This document shows positions 10,901-21,004 of a stretch of 32,109 nucleotides of DNA, one piece after another. The position numbers and the translations under genes were made by a program. The number at the start of each line of letters is the position of its first letter. Position 1 is the first letter of the stretch. The notes beneath the pieces are model-generated. The model saw only the letters and a program-made list of their open reading frames with translations, did not search any database and was not told the origin of the DNA. The DNA is taken from NCBI GenBank assembly GCA_043809315.1, contig JAZDDX010000008.1, positions 1 to 32,109 of the forward strand, in the 5' to 3' direction. The stretch comes from Pseudomonadota bacterium. Lineage in GTDB: Bacteria > Bdellovibrionota_G > JALEGL01 > DATDPG01.

Positions 10901-12729
10901 GCCGGGTGTACGGAATCGACTTGGGGACGACGAACAGCCTGATCGCCTACGTGGAGAACGGGACCCCGTTTGTCATCCCCAACGAGAAAGGGGAGCGACT
11001 GGTTCCTTCCGTCGTCAGCTTCGAGAGCGACGAATCGGTGATCGTGGGGGCCCGGGCGAAGGAGCGCCGGGTCCAGAATATCTCGCGCACGGTCTATTCG
11101 ATCAAGCGTCTCATGGGGAAAGGGGTGGCCGACATTGCCGAGGAGCGGAAGATGCTCCCGTTCGACTTCGGCCACAGCAACGAACGGATCATCCGGGTTT
11201 CGGTCGGCGACCGGTTCTACACGCCGATCGAGCTCTCGGCGATGGTTTTACGAGAACTCAAGCGGATGGCGGAGGCGCATGCCCGGGAGAAGGTGAATCA
11301 GGTCGTGGTCACCGTTCCCGCCTATTTCGATGACGGCCAGAGGCAGGCGACCCGGATGGCCGGAAAACTGGCGGGGCTCGATGTCTTACGGATCGTAAAC
11401 GAGCCGACCGCGGCGGCGTTGGCATACGGCCTCGACCGCAAGAAAAGGGGTCTGGTCGCGATTTACGATCTCGGGGGGGGAACGTTCGATCTGTCGATTT
11501 TAAAGCTCAAGGAGGGCGTTTTCGAGGTGGTAGCGACGAACGGGGATACCCTTCTCGGCGGGGACGACATCGACCGGGCGTTCGGCCAGGCGATCGCGAT
11601 GGAGATCCGTCGGGAGACCGGGGTCGACCTCTTGAGTACTCCGGAGGGGATCGCGACGCTGGTTCGGGATGCCGAGAAAGCGAAGATCGCCCTGACCGAC
11701 GCGGAGAGTACGGAGATCACGATTCCTCTGACGGGGGGGCGGATCTACCGGAAGATCTGGCGTCGCGCGCAGCTGGAGGAGATCGCAACGCCGATTCTGG
11801 AGCGGACGTTCGTTCCGTGCCGGAAAGCGGTTCAAGATGCCGGGGTTTCGTTCAGCGAGATCGAAGAAGTCGTGCTCGTCGGGGGGGCGACGCGGATGCC
11901 GCTTCTTCGGAAACGGATCGAGGAGCTGTTCGGGAAAAAGCCTCATACGGAACTCAATCCCGATGAAGTAGTTGCCGTCGGAGCCGCTGTCCAGGCGGAT
12001 ATCCTCTCCGGGAACCGGACCGACATGCTCTTGCTGGACGTCGTTCCTCTCTCTTTAGGGATCGAGACGATGGGGGGCGGGATGGCGAAGCTGATTCACC
12101 GGAACACCACGATTCCCGCTTCCGCCCGGGAGGTGTTCACCACGTTTGCCGACCACCAGACGGGGGTCGATATCCACGTCTACCAGGGGGAGCGTGAGAT
12201 GGTGAAGGAGAACCGGAGTCTCGCGAAGTTCAAGCTAAGCGGGATCCGGCCGCAGCTCGCGGGGATGGCGAGGGTCGAAGTGACGTTTCTGATCGATGCC
12301 AACGGGATCCTGAAAGTGAACGCGAAGGACCTTCACACCGGGAATGAGCAGGCCGTCGAGGTGAAGCCGAGTTACGGCCTGACCGACGAGGCGGTCGAGA
12401 AGATGCTTGAGGCGGCCCTGGATCATGCCGAGGAAGACTTCAAGGAACGGCTGGTGGTCGAGGCGCGGAATCAGGCGGAGACTCTACTCAAGGCGACGGA
12501 ACGATCGCTCAAAGGGGAAACCGAAGGGCTCTCGGAGGTGGAGCTCCAGGAGATCCAAGATGCGTTGGTCGATCTCCGTTTGGTCTTAGGGAAGGGAACG
12601 CACACCGAGATCCGGGAAAAGATCGACCGGCTGGACCGGGCGACACGTCATCTGGCCGAGATCCTGATGGACCGGACACTCAAAATCGCGATCCAGGGGC
12701 ATACGGTCTCCGAAGTCCTGAATAAGTGA
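10897..12729 (+). CDS. hscA: Fe-S chaperone HscA (Hsp70 family)
   Basis: GIDLGTTNS, TVPAYFDD, YDLGGGTFD, LSLGIETMGG, VKPSYGL; ATGA overlap with hscB. Confidence 0.95.
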   Translation: MSRVYGIDLGTTNSLIAYVENGTPFVIPNEKGERLVPSVVSFESDESVIVGARAKERRVQNISRTVYSIKRLMGKGVADIAEERKMLPFDFGHSNERIIRVSVGDRFYTPIELSAMVLRELKRMAEAHAREKVNQVVVTVPAYFDDGQRQATRMAGKLAGLDVLRIVNEPTAAALAYGLDRKKRGLVAIYDLGGGTFDLSILKLKEGVFEVVATNGDTLLGGDDIDRAFGQAIAMEIRRETGVDLLSTPEGIATLVRDAEKAKIALTDAESTEITIPLTGGRIYRKIWRRAQLEEIATPILERTFVPCRKAVQDAGVSFSEIEEVVLVGGATRMPLLRKRIEELFGKKPHTELNPDEVVAVGAAVQADILSGNRTDMLLLDVVPLSLGIETMGGGMAKLIHRNTTIPASAREVFTTFADHQTGVDIHVYQGEREMVKENRSLAKFKLSGIRPQLAGMARVEVTFLIDANGILKVNAKDLHTGNEQAVEVKPSYGLTDEAVEKMLEAALDHAEEDFKERLVVEARNQAETLLKATERSLKGETEGLSEVELQEIQDALVDLRLVLGKGTHTEIREKIDRLDRATRHLAEILMDRTLKIAIQGHTVSEVLNK

Positions 12730-12741
12730 TAAAATCGACGC

Positions 12742-13113
12742 GTGCGAAAGGCGGCGTTCGAGCGGATGGTCGGCGAGATCCTCGACGAGCTTCCGGAGGA
12801 GTTCGCTCGACGGATCGAGAATGTCGAATTCCTCGTGGAGCCAAGACCATCATTCCAAGATTTGAAAGGGCTCGGGGTGGCGCGTGATGAATTGCTGATT
12901 GGCTTGTATCAGGGGACGGCATTGCCGTTACGGAGTCCCACAAGCTACGCGGGGACGTTGCCGGATCAGATCGTGATCTTCCAGAAGAACGTCGAGGAGG
13001 AAGCCGGGCGACCTGGGCGGATCCGGGACGTTCTCCGGACGACGATCCTCCACGAAATCGGCCATTACTTTGGTTTGAGCGAGAAACGTCTTCGGGAACT
13101 CGGCGTCGACTGA
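12742..13113 (+). CDS. Minimal zincin metallopeptidase-like protein (Zincin_1/DUF1025 type)
   Basis: LLIGLYQG, LPDQIVIF, TILHEIGHYFG (HExxH). Confidence 0.88.
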   Translation: MRKAAFERMVGEILDELPEEFARRIENVEFLVEPRPSFQDLKGLGVARDELLIGLYQGTALPLRSPTSYAGTLPDQIVIFQKNVEEEAGRPGRIRDVLRTTILHEIGHYFGLSEKRLRELGVD

Positions 13114-13117
13114 AAAA

Positions 13118-14299
13118 CTAACGCCCCTGGAGGACGTCTTCGATGGCGGAGGTAATGTCCGTGCCGAGTCGTTTTGAGCTGAAGACCTCGAACGCGGTCT
13201 TTTGGGCGGCCTGGGCCATCTGTTTTCTGCGGTCATCGTTTCCAAGCAAGGTCCGGAGTTTCGCGGCCAGATCGTCCGCATCGCCGCTCCGGAACAACAT
13301 ACCGTTCTGTTCGTCCTTCAAGAACTCGGCTGCCCCGCAATTCTCCGAGACGAGGGGGGGGACGCCGAGAGCCATCGCTTCGGCCACGACGAGACCGAAC
13401 CCCTCCGGATGTATCGATGGGAGGACCGCCACGTCGAACTCGATCGCGTAGGGCCTGGGGTTTTCGCGGAAGCCGATCAGGAACGCCCGTTCGTCAATGC
13501 CGAGCTTTCGCGCCATCACCCGGTACTGGCCGAGGAGATCGGATCGTAAGCTCGGGTCGTTTCCGCCGATCACCACCAGGACCGCCTTGTCGTCCTCCCG
13601 GGAGATCCGGGCAAACGCCTCGAGGAGAACCGGTACCCCCTTCTGTTCGATGATCCGTCCCAAAAAACCGACGATCTTCTGATCGGAGCCGATCCCGAAC
13701 TCCTTCCGCAGCAGCGGCTCGATCGGAGGCCGATAAGAGTCGAGATCGATGGCGTCCGGGATGACGCGGGTTTTGTGGAGGGTCTCGTAGTTTCGGGCCG
13801 ACAGATTGGAGATCGCCACGATTTTTTTCACGTCGGGAAACGAGGCCATCCAACGGAAGAGGGAACCTGCGACTCCGGTCAGCACCTCTCTCGAGTGAAC
13901 GATGACCGGCTTGCGGGCGAACCGCCCCAAGCCGATCGCCACGGGAGTGTGGATCATGTGGTTGGCGTAGACCAGGTCAATCCCAAGGTTCCGGACGAGC
14001 GGGAGCAGATCCCGGGCGATCTTTCCGAAAAGGAGGATGTTCGAGAGGCGTTCGAGAGATTCGGTCCGCAGGATGCCGGGGAGGGGGAGAGAGGTCTTCC
14101 CGAACCGTTCCGCCAGGTCCCGGTGGTAATGAACGATCGCCCCCGTCTTCCGAAGGCCTCCACCGACGACACCGTCGAACGGGATCACGACGTGGGGCTC
14201 GATCTTCGAGCGATCGAGGCCGGAGACCATCGTGACGAGGGCCTTCCCGGCGCCGCCGCCGCTGACCGAGGAGTTCAAAAAGAGGACTTTGATCGGCAT
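13118..14299 (-). CDS. GT4-family glycosyltransferase
   Basis: GGGAG N-terminus, GRIIEQKG, EGFGLVVAEAMALG (E-x7-E); probable start MPIKVLF at 14299. Confidence 0.92.
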   Translation of the reverse strand: MPIKVLFLNSSVSGGGAGKALVTMVSGLDRSKIEPHVVIPFDGVVGGGLRKTGAIVHYHRDLAERFGKTSLPLPGILRTESLERLSNILLFGKIARDLLPLVRNLGIDLVYANHMIHTPVAIGLGRFARKPVIVHSREVLTGVAGSLFRWMASFPDVKKIVAISNLSARNYETLHKTRVIPDAIDLDSYRPPIEPLLRKEFGIGSDQKIVGFLGRIIEQKGVPVLLEAFARISREDDKAVLVVIGGNDPSLRSDLLGQYRVMARKLGIDERAFLIGFRENPRPYAIEFDVAVLPSIHPEGFGLVVAEAMALGVPPLVSENCGAAEFLKDEQNGMLFRSGDADDLAAKLRTLLGNDDRRKQMAQAAQKTAFEVFSSKRLGTDITSAIEDVLQGR

Positions 14300-14333
14300 G
14301 GGAAAAGAGTGCACATGAAAGGATAGTTTTCCA

Positions 14334-15758
14334 TCAATGTAAAACCTTTTTGGATTTTTCGAGGCGGTCCAGGAGCCACCGGGCACGAGCATGCCCCGGA
14401 TCGAATCGGAGAGCGTCTTCGAGATTTCGATGCGCCAACGCGAGGTTCCTTTGTCCGTCGGTCCTTTCCGCCCAAACTACGCCCAGATTATACGAAATCT
14501 CGGGACGAATCGGTTCGAGGCGTCCGGCCCGCTCGAACGATTCCTGCGCCTGAGTCCACCGCCCCGACTCTCCGTATTCGATTCCGAGGTTCAGCCACGA
14601 TCTCCATTTCGTGGGAGCCGCCTCCGTGTTCTTGCGCCAGAGTTCCACGGGATTCCGCCAGAGGTTGATCTCCTCCTTGGTTCGCCATGCGAAAACAAGG
14701 AGAACGAGAATCGAAAGGATCGCACGGGTTCGGCGAGAGGATTCCAGAAGGCTGCCGAGCCAGACCGCGGCGCAGAGGGAAAGCCCGGGGAGCATCGGGT
14801 AGAGAAGTCGGGTCGACTGCTGATCTCGCAACGCGATGAAAGAGTGGGTGGGAAAGAGGGCAACGACACCCCACAGGAAACCAAGGGTCGCCGGGGACCG
14901 ACGGAAACGAAACGCCAGACCGAGAAGTACGCCCAGAACGATCCACCCCGAGGCGATCGCGGTCGGGGAGAGGAGCCATGCGGGAAGGTCCCGATCGAAC
15001 GTGAGCGGCCACGGGAAAAGAAAAAGCGAAAGGTGAAGAGGGATCATCCCCCCCTGCCGGAGGAAATAGGAATGCCAAGCTTCCACGGTCGGCCCGACCG
15101 ATGCGATGTGGGGGGAGCGGAATAAGAGGTAAATCACCGGCAGGACAAGAATCGTGGATGCGATGGCGAGGTTTCGCGTAAGCGACAACGTTGTATGACG
15201 CCACCACTGAAAGAGAAAGATTAGACCGACAGTGCCGATGGCGTCCTCCTTCGATCCCATCGCAAGAGCCAGAGAAAGAAGGCCGGCGGCGAAGAGCGAG
15301 GGGCGCGTGCGGAAGACGAGCAGAAGGGCCGTCATGGAAAAACAGAACGCGAGAAGACCGGAGCGGCTGTTGAAATAGCTGACGGTTTCGACTGTGATCG
15401 GGTGAACCAGGAACAGCAGGCTCGCCAGCAGGCGGGGAGGGGGCCCTAGCCCAAGGTGGCCGAGGAACGTGAACAGGAGAATCGCCGCCAGGATGTGAAG
15501 GGCGACGTTGATCCCATGGGCGACGACCGGGTCGGTTCCGAAAAGGCGCGCTTGCAGGGCAAGGGAGAGGTTGTAAACGGGGCGTGTTTCCTGCAAGCCG
15601 TTCCGGAAAATGTCCGCCGCCGAATGGGGGTGACGGATCCGGTCGTTATAAACGAAGTGAGGGTAGTCGTCGTACGTGTACGGAACGCGGAGCGACGGAC
15701 CGAACAAAACGATCCCCGCACCGATCAGAATCAGGAACGGAAGTAGACGGCCCGACAT
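14334..15758 (-). CDS. TMTC-like (GT-C fold) membrane glycosyltransferase with C-terminal TPR
   Basis: YTYDD after TM1, TRP, HGINVALH, HPITVETVSYFNSRS, SKE, FPWPL, WRNPVELW, then TPRs. Start is the ATG at 15758, because the upstream ORF extension lies in the tRNA. Confidence 0.8.
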   Translation of the reverse strand: MSGRLLPFLILIGAGIVLFGPSLRVPYTYDDYPHFVYNDRIRHPHSAADIFRNGLQETRPVYNLSLALQARLFGTDPVVAHGINVALHILAAILLFTFLGHLGLGPPPRLLASLLFLVHPITVETVSYFNSRSGLLAFCFSMTALLLVFRTRPSLFAAGLLSLALAMGSKEDAIGTVGLIFLFQWWRHTTLSLTRNLAIASTILVLPVIYLLFRSPHIASVGPTVEAWHSYFLRQGGMIPLHLSLFLFPWPLTFDRDLPAWLLSPTAIASGWIVLGVLLGLAFRFRRSPATLGFLWGVVALFPTHSFIALRDQQSTRLLYPMLPGLSLCAAVWLGSLLESSRRTRAILSILVLLVFAWRTKEEINLWRNPVELWRKNTEAAPTKWRSWLNLGIEYGESGRWTQAQESFERAGRLEPIRPEISYNLGVVWAERTDGQRNLALAHRNLEDALRFDPGHARARWLLDRLEKSKKVLH

Positions 15759-15766
15759 TGAAATGT

Positions 15767-15843
15767 TGGTCGGGGCGGTCAGATTCGAACTGACGACCCC
15801 TTGCACCCCATGCAAGTGCGCTACCAGGCTGCGCCACGCCCCG
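15767..15843 (-). tRNA. tRNA-Pro(GGG)
   Basis: 77 nt CGGGGCGTGGCGCAGCCTGGTAGCGC...CTTGC-ATGGGGT-GCAAG...GTTCGAATC...CGCCCCGACCA; intact cloverleaf with encoded CCA. Confidence 0.98.
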
Positions 15844-15854
15844 ACTGACTCAAC

Positions 15855-15883
15855 TGTGTAATTGATTTGAAAGGTGATGTCTA
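15855..15883 (-). promoter_or_regulatory. Putative tRNA-Pro promoter
   Basis: TAGACA (15883-15878), 17 bp, TACACA (15860-15855), 11 nt before the tRNA. Confidence 0.55.
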
Positions 15884-15893
15884 AGAATGCCGA

Positions 15894-16304
15894 CTATTTC
15901 TTGAGATCCTCCGGACCGAAGCTTTCGGGCAGCAGGTCCGTAGACGAAAAACTGCGAATCTTACCCTTGGCATCAATCGTGATCTGTTGAAGGCTGGGCG
16001 CGAACTCCCGGATCACCTGGCGACAGACCCCGCAAGACGCGCTTCCACTGGCGTGCGCGATGGCGATGGCGATGAAGTCGCGGAACCCCTCCGATACGGC
16101 CTTGAAGATAGCGGTTCGCTCCGCGCAGATGGATGGGCTATAGGCGGCGTTCTCGATGTTCGATCCGGAGAAGATCTCCCCGGACTTGGTGAGGAGAGCG
16201 GCACCCACCCGATAGTTCGAGTAGGGAGCATAAGCGCGTTTTTGTGCTGCCAACGCAGCATCCAACAAACGTTTTTGCGTCTTTGAATCCAGTTTCATAT
16301 ACAA
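15894..16304 (-). CDS. cdd: Cytidine deaminase (homotetrameric type)
   Basis: AYAPYSNYRVGAA, NIENAAY, CAER, CGVCRQ, LLPESF; start may be 16298. Confidence 0.95.
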   Translation of the reverse strand: MYMKLDSKTQKRLLDAALAAQKRAYAPYSNYRVGAALLTKSGEIFSGSNIENAAYSPSICAERTAIFKAVSEGFRDFIAIAIAHASGSASCGVCRQVIREFAPSLQQITIDAKGKIRSFSSTDLLPESFGPEDLKK

Positions 16305-16419
16305 GTAAGCTGCCAGACCACGCTACGCCCGGATCTGTGGTCTTTTAGGCGTTTCTAATGAATGTGTCTATTATGCGCATCTGGTAAAACAAAAGGGACA
16401 GCCAGGCCAAGACGGTAGA

Positions 16420-17640
16420 ATGTTTAAGCAAATTCATACATGTCCGATTTCAAAATCCGAAAAAAGGGTCAGATATCTCGACTTGGGAATGATGCCTCTG
16501 GTCAATCGTCTGTGGAATACCAAGGAAGAATCGTTGACTTGTCCCAAGTATCCCCTGGCGGTTGACTATTACCCAGCCAGCGGGCTGTCGATGCTGTCCG
16601 TAATTGTCGATCCCAAACTCTTGTTTTCCAACTACCCCTATCGATCCTCAACCAGCAGACCGTACATCCAGCATTGCCTGGAAATGTACGAAGACATCCA
16701 ACGGTACACACGGATCGATGACGATGTGACAGTCGTCGATATCGGCGGCAACGACGGGACTCTTCTCGCGGCTTTCAAGGAAAGAAATCCAAACCTCGAT
16801 TGCATCAATGTCGATCCCTGCGCCGATTTTGCAAAAGATTGCAGCGACAAGGGAATTCGAATGATTCCCGGTTTGTGGAATGGTGAGACCGCGAGGCACT
16901 TCGTCGACAAGAAAGCCAGGGTCATTACGTCGACAAATGTCTTTCAACACGCGGAAGACATCCTTGATTTCGCACGTTCCATCCACCGGTCGTTGGATGA
17001 CGTCGGGGTGTGGTGTTTGGAGTTCCCGTATTGGAAAAAGGATCTACAAACCAATCAGTACGACCAGGTTTATCACGAGCACATTTACTACTATACCGTC
17101 ACGCCGCTATTGAATCTCTTCGAGCAGATCGGGTTCCAGATCGTCGACATATCGAAACAAGAAATCCACGGCGGAAGTCTCAGGTTGATGATGAAGAAGA
17201 GCGGGACATCGGCCTGTAAATCGATCCCGAGTTATTTGAATGAGGAAGCCGAATTCACGCCGGAACGTTACAAGAAATGGGGCGGGCAAGCGCAAACCCA
17301 CATCCGAAAGAGCAGGGAGTACCTGAAAGATCTGAAACAAAGGGAATCGGTGAAGGTCGCCGCGTTCGGTGCGGCCGCCAAGGGGTGCGTGTTCTTGAAT
17401 GTCACGGGGTTGGATGATTCAACGATCGATTACATCATCGACGATACTCCGGCGAAACAGGGGAAGTACATGGGGGGCACGGGGATCCGGATCGTGGATC
17501 GGAGCATTCTAAAGACCGATCCGCCCGAGTACCTTCTCATTCTCGCGCACAATTTCTCGGACTTCATCTGTCAATCGCTTCTGCCGGTCTACCAGGGGAA
17601 GTTCATCAAGATGTTCCCGGAACCCCACGTATTCTCCTAG
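16420..17640 (+). CDS. NDP-hexose C-methyltransferase-like protein (class I SAM-dependent)
   Basis: LDLGMMPL, VVDIGGNDG, YDQVYHEH, IHGGSLR, AFGAAAKG, IDDTPAKQGKY, ILAHNF. Confidence 0.9.
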   Translation: MFKQIHTCPISKSEKRVRYLDLGMMPLVNRLWNTKEESLTCPKYPLAVDYYPASGLSMLSVIVDPKLLFSNYPYRSSTSRPYIQHCLEMYEDIQRYTRIDDDVTVVDIGGNDGTLLAAFKERNPNLDCINVDPCADFAKDCSDKGIRMIPGLWNGETARHFVDKKARVITSTNVFQHAEDILDFARSIHRSLDDVGVWCLEFPYWKKDLQTNQYDQVYHEHIYYYTVTPLLNLFEQIGFQIVDISKQEIHGGSLRLMMKKSGTSACKSIPSYLNEEAEFTPERYKKWGGQAQTHIRKSREYLKDLKQRESVKVAAFGAAAKGCVFLNVTGLDDSTIDYIIDDTPAKQGKYMGGTGIRIVDRSILKTDPPEYLLILAHNFSDFICQSLLPVYQGKFIKMFPEPHVFS

Positions 17641-17643
17641 TCG

Positions 17644-18486
17644 ATGCCGAGAACCGACAGACGGATTGTTTTCTGGGCCGTAAAAAAGCGGCCGTCGTCT
17701 GTCATGCGGGGGACTCAGATCGCCGAGGCGCTCTCCCGGCGGGGTTTTACGGCCGAAGTTCGGTTCGGTTCATCGCGTTCCGCCCTGTGCGATCTCCATG
17801 ATTCTGTCGTTGTTTGTATCAAGAGCCGTCCGTTTTTCACCGGGTGGCTACGTCGGCAGAGAAACCGGATCGTCTACGACGCTGCGGACTACACCCCCCT
17901 CCGCGGTCTCCCGACGGGGGCGGCGGCGATCATCACCGGGAACGAGGACATGGCAAGGCGGATCCGACGACGTGTCGGGCCGGCGGTAATCGTCCAAACG
18001 ATCTACCACCATGCCGACCCGGGACTCAAACCGCACACCGTCGGGGAACGGGAACTCCGTCTCGTCTATATCGGGGAGACGGAGAGTTCGAGATTTCTAA
18101 GAGGGGAGGTACCCGAATTGACCTGGGTCCGGTTCGGGAAAGTGCGCGAATGGAGAGAGGAGCTCCGGAAGTACAACGCACATTTTTCCGCCCGATTGGA
18201 CCGCAATAAGTCGGTGGTAAAACTGGCGAACGTAGCCGCTCTCGGAGCCGTGTTTCTTACCGGAGCCGAGCCCGGCTGTGTCGAGCTGTTGGGGCCCGAC
18301 TATCCGTTCTATCTCCGCAATCCGAGGAATCTGACGGTGGTCCGGGAGGATGTCGTGCGGCTCAAAGAAGCGGTTGGAACGGAATCCTGGAAGGAAGCCC
18401 GCAGACGGATCGAGGCGGTCCGACCGAGGCTCACGATCGAGGCTTCGGCGGCGGCCTACGAGGAACTGCTGGCGTCCGTTTTCTGA
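17644..18486 (+). CDS. Hypothetical protein, probable divergent GT-B glycosyltransferase
   Basis: SSVMRG-Q, IVYD, KSVVKLANVAALG, TIEASAAAYEEL; lies within the sugar operon. Confidence 0.55.
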   Translation: MPRTDRRIVFWAVKKRPSSVMRGTQIAEALSRRGFTAEVRFGSSRSALCDLHDSVVVCIKSRPFFTGWLRRQRNRIVYDAADYTPLRGLPTGAAAIITGNEDMARRIRRRVGPAVIVQTIYHHADPGLKPHTVGERELRLVYIGETESSRFLRGEVPELTWVRFGKVREWREELRKYNAHFSARLDRNKSVVKLANVAALGAVFLTGAEPGCVELLGPDYPFYLRNPRNLTVVREDVVRLKEAVGTESWKEARRRIEAVRPRLTIEASAAAYEELLASVF

Positions 18487-18511
18487 GTTCGCTATAGATG
18501 CGTTCGTAAGC

Positions 18512-19582
18512 ATGAAAACCCAAAATCGGCCTTCGATTTGGATCACCGGCGGGTCGGGCTTCATCGGCTCGAATCTGGTTCGGACGGCGATTGCGCAGGG
18601 ATACCGGGTCGTCAACCTCGACGCTCTCACCTATGCGGGAAACCGGAAGAACCACGAGGATCTGGAGGGGACGGAGGGTTACGAGTTCGTTCACGGATCG
18701 ATCGGGGATCGCCCGCTGGTCCAGTCGCTTTTTCAGCGCGTGAAGCCGCGGGCGATCCTGAACCTCGCAGCGGAATCGCATGTCGACCGCTCGATCGACG
18801 GGCCGGCGCCGTTCATCGAAACGAACCTCGTCGGGACTTTCGTTCTCCTGGATGAAGCGCGGAGGTACGTTGCTTCGGAATCCCCCGACGAACGGGGACG
18901 ATTCCGCTTCCTCCACGTGTCCACGGACGAGGTGTACGGATCCGTGACGGAAGGGGCGAGCAAGGAGGATGCGTCGTACGAGCCGAACTCGCCGTATGCC
19001 GCGTCAAAGGCGGGGGCGGATCATCTGGTGCGTGCGTACGGGAAGACGTTCGGTCTCCCCGTCCTGACGACGAACTGTTCGAACAACTACGGGCCGTATC
19101 AGTTCCCGGAAAAACTGATCCCGTTGACCATCCTGAACGCGCTCGAAGGAGTCCCTCTTCCGGTTTACGGCGACGGAAAGCAGGTTCGTGATTGGCTCTA
19201 CGTGGAGGATCATTGCGAGGCGATCCTGACGGTTCTTGCAAAAGGGAAAGCCGGGGAAAAATATAACGTCGGCGCCGAGATGCGCGTGGAGAACCTGGAT
19301 CTGGTTCGGAAACTCTGTCGGATCCTCGACGGCATTCGGCCGCGGACCGGAGGAAAGCGCTACGAGGAGCTGATCTCGTTCGTCGCCGATCGCCCGGGTC
19401 ACGATCGCCGGTACGCCCTGGATCCGGGTAAGATCATGAAGTCGCTCGGGTGGAGACCGGCGGTTTCTCTCGAGGAAGGGCTGGAACGGACCGTTCGCTG
19501 GTATCTGGACCACTCGGAATGGTGGACGGAGATCCGGCGGCGGAACTACGCGGGAGAGAGATTGGGGCTGGGACATGCGTAA
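18512..19582 (+). CDS. rmlB: dTDP-glucose 4,6-dehydratase
   Basis: [48 protein letters not shown]; start ATG at 18512. Confidence 0.97.
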   Translation: MKTQNRPSIWITGGSGFIGSNLVRTAIAQGYRVVNLDALTYAGNRKNHEDLEGTEGYEFVHGSIGDRPLVQSLFQRVKPRAILNLAAESHVDRSIDGPAPFIETNLVGTFVLLDEARRYVASESPDERGRFRFLHVSTDEVYGSVTEGASKEDASYEPNSPYAASKAGADHLVRAYGKTFGLPVLTTNCSNNYGPYQFPEKLIPLTILNALEGVPLPVYGDGKQVRDWLYVEDHCEAILTVLAKGKAGEKYNVGAEMRVENLDLVRKLCRILDGIRPRTGGKRYEELISFVADRPGHDRRYALDPGKIMKSLGWRPAVSLEEGLERTVRWYLDHSEWWTEIRRRNYAGERLGLGHA

Positions 19583-20459
19583 AGGGATCATCCTTGCGGG
19601 GGGCGCGGGAACCCGCCTCTATCCGATCACGCGAACGGTCAGCAAACAGCTGGTACCGATCTACAATAAACCTCTCATCTATTATCCCCTGTCGGTTCTG
19701 ATGCTGGCCGGGATCCGGGACATCCTGGTGATCTCGACGCCGCAGGACCTGCCGCGATTCCGTGAGCTCTTCGGGTCGGGGGAGGATTGGGGCCTTCGGA
19801 TCTCGTATGCGGAGCAGCCGAAACCGGGAGGAATCGCCCAGGCATTCCTGATCGGAAGCAAGTTCGTCGGAACCGATCCGGTCACGCTGATTCTGGGGGA
19901 CAACATCTTCTACGGCGAGGGGTTGAGCGGGAGACTTCAGAAGATCGCGGCGCAATCCCAGGGAGCGACGGTTTTCGCCTATGCCGTTCGCGATCCCGAA
20001 CGGTACGGTGTGGCGGAGATCGGCCCCGACGGTCACGTCCGAAGCCTCGAAGAGAAACCGCGGGTGCCGAAATCGAATTTCGCGGTGACCGGTCTTTATT
20101 TCTACGACGGGAAGGTCGTGGAGCTGGCGAGCAGCCTCAAGCCATCGGCCCGCGGTGAGCTGGAGATCACCGACCTGAACCGACTCTATCTGGAGCGGGG
20201 GGAACTGCGGGTGGAACTCTTGAGCCGGGGGTTCGCATGGCTCGACACCGGGACGTACGATTCGTTGCTGGATGCCTCGAACTACGTCGCCACATTAGAA
20301 CGGCGGCAGGGGGAGATGATCGCATGCCCCGAGGAGGTCGCTTGGCGCCAGCACTGGATCGACGATCGAATGCTTACGAAGCTGGCGGAGCCGTTGGCGA
20401 AAACCTCGTACGGCGAATACCTGCTGGGGCTCCTCAAAACGGGCTCTCCTAAGCTATGA
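19575..20459 (+). CDS. rmlA: Glucose-1-phosphate thymidylyltransferase
   Basis: [33 protein letters not shown]. Confidence 0.98.
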   Translation: MRKGIILAGGAGTRLYPITRTVSKQLVPIYNKPLIYYPLSVLMLAGIRDILVISTPQDLPRFRELFGSGEDWGLRISYAEQPKPGGIAQAFLIGSKFVGTDPVTLILGDNIFYGEGLSGRLQKIAAQSQGATVFAYAVRDPERYGVAEIGPDGHVRSLEEKPRVPKSNFAVTGLYFYDGKVVELASSLKPSARGELEITDLNRLYLERGELRVELLSRGFAWLDTGTYDSLLDASNYVATLERRQGEMIACPEEVAWRQHWIDDRMLTKLAEPLAKTSYGEYLLGLLKTGSPKL

Positions 20460-21004
20460 GGATCGTTCCAACCGCAATCCCGGAAGTGCTCGCGATCGAA
20501 CCGGCAATCTACCGCGACGAGAGGGGGTATTTCCTCCAAACGTGGCATCGAAACGAATACGGATCGGCGGGGATCCCGACGGAGTTCGTTCAAGACAGCG
20601 TGTCGCGCTCGGTACGGGGGGTTCTTCGCGGACTTCATTTTCAGAACCCGAACGCCCAGGGCAAAATTGTGACCGCCACGGCGGGTGCCGTTTTCGATGT
20701 TGTCGTTGACGTTCGCCGGGGAAGTCCGACTTTCGGAAAATGGGTGGAAAAAGAACTTTCTTCGGACAACCGAGTGCAACTCTGGATCCCTCCCGGGTTT
20801 GCGCACGGCTTCTGCGTCCTAAGCGAATCGGCGGATCTCTCGTACAAATTCACGGCACATTACGACCCGGCCGGGGAGCGATGCATTCGGTGGGATGATC
20901 CGGAGCTTGGGATCGCCTGGCCTGTGGCCGATCCGATCGTTTCCCCCAAAGACCGCGAGTCGCCGCGCCTGCGGGATTGCCAGCACCTGCCCGAATGGTC
21001 CTGA
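20456..21004 (+). CDS. rmlC: dTDP-4-dehydrorhamnose 3,5-epimerase
   Basis: DERGYF, LRGLHFQ, GFAHGF, IRWDDP. Confidence 0.97.
   Translation: MRIVPTAIPEVLAIEPAIYRDERGYFLQTWHRNEYGSAGIPTEFVQDSVSRSVRGVLRGLHFQNPNAQGKIVTATAGAVFDVVVDVRRGSPTFGKWVEKELSSDNRVQLWIPPGFAHGFCVLSESADLSYKFTAHYDPAGERCIRWDDPELGIAWPVADPIVSPKDRESPRLRDCQHLPEWS

Noticed and set aside
15759..15815. N-terminal extension of ORF 14334-15815 and small ORFs over 15646-15861
   Set aside because: They overlap tRNA-Pro.
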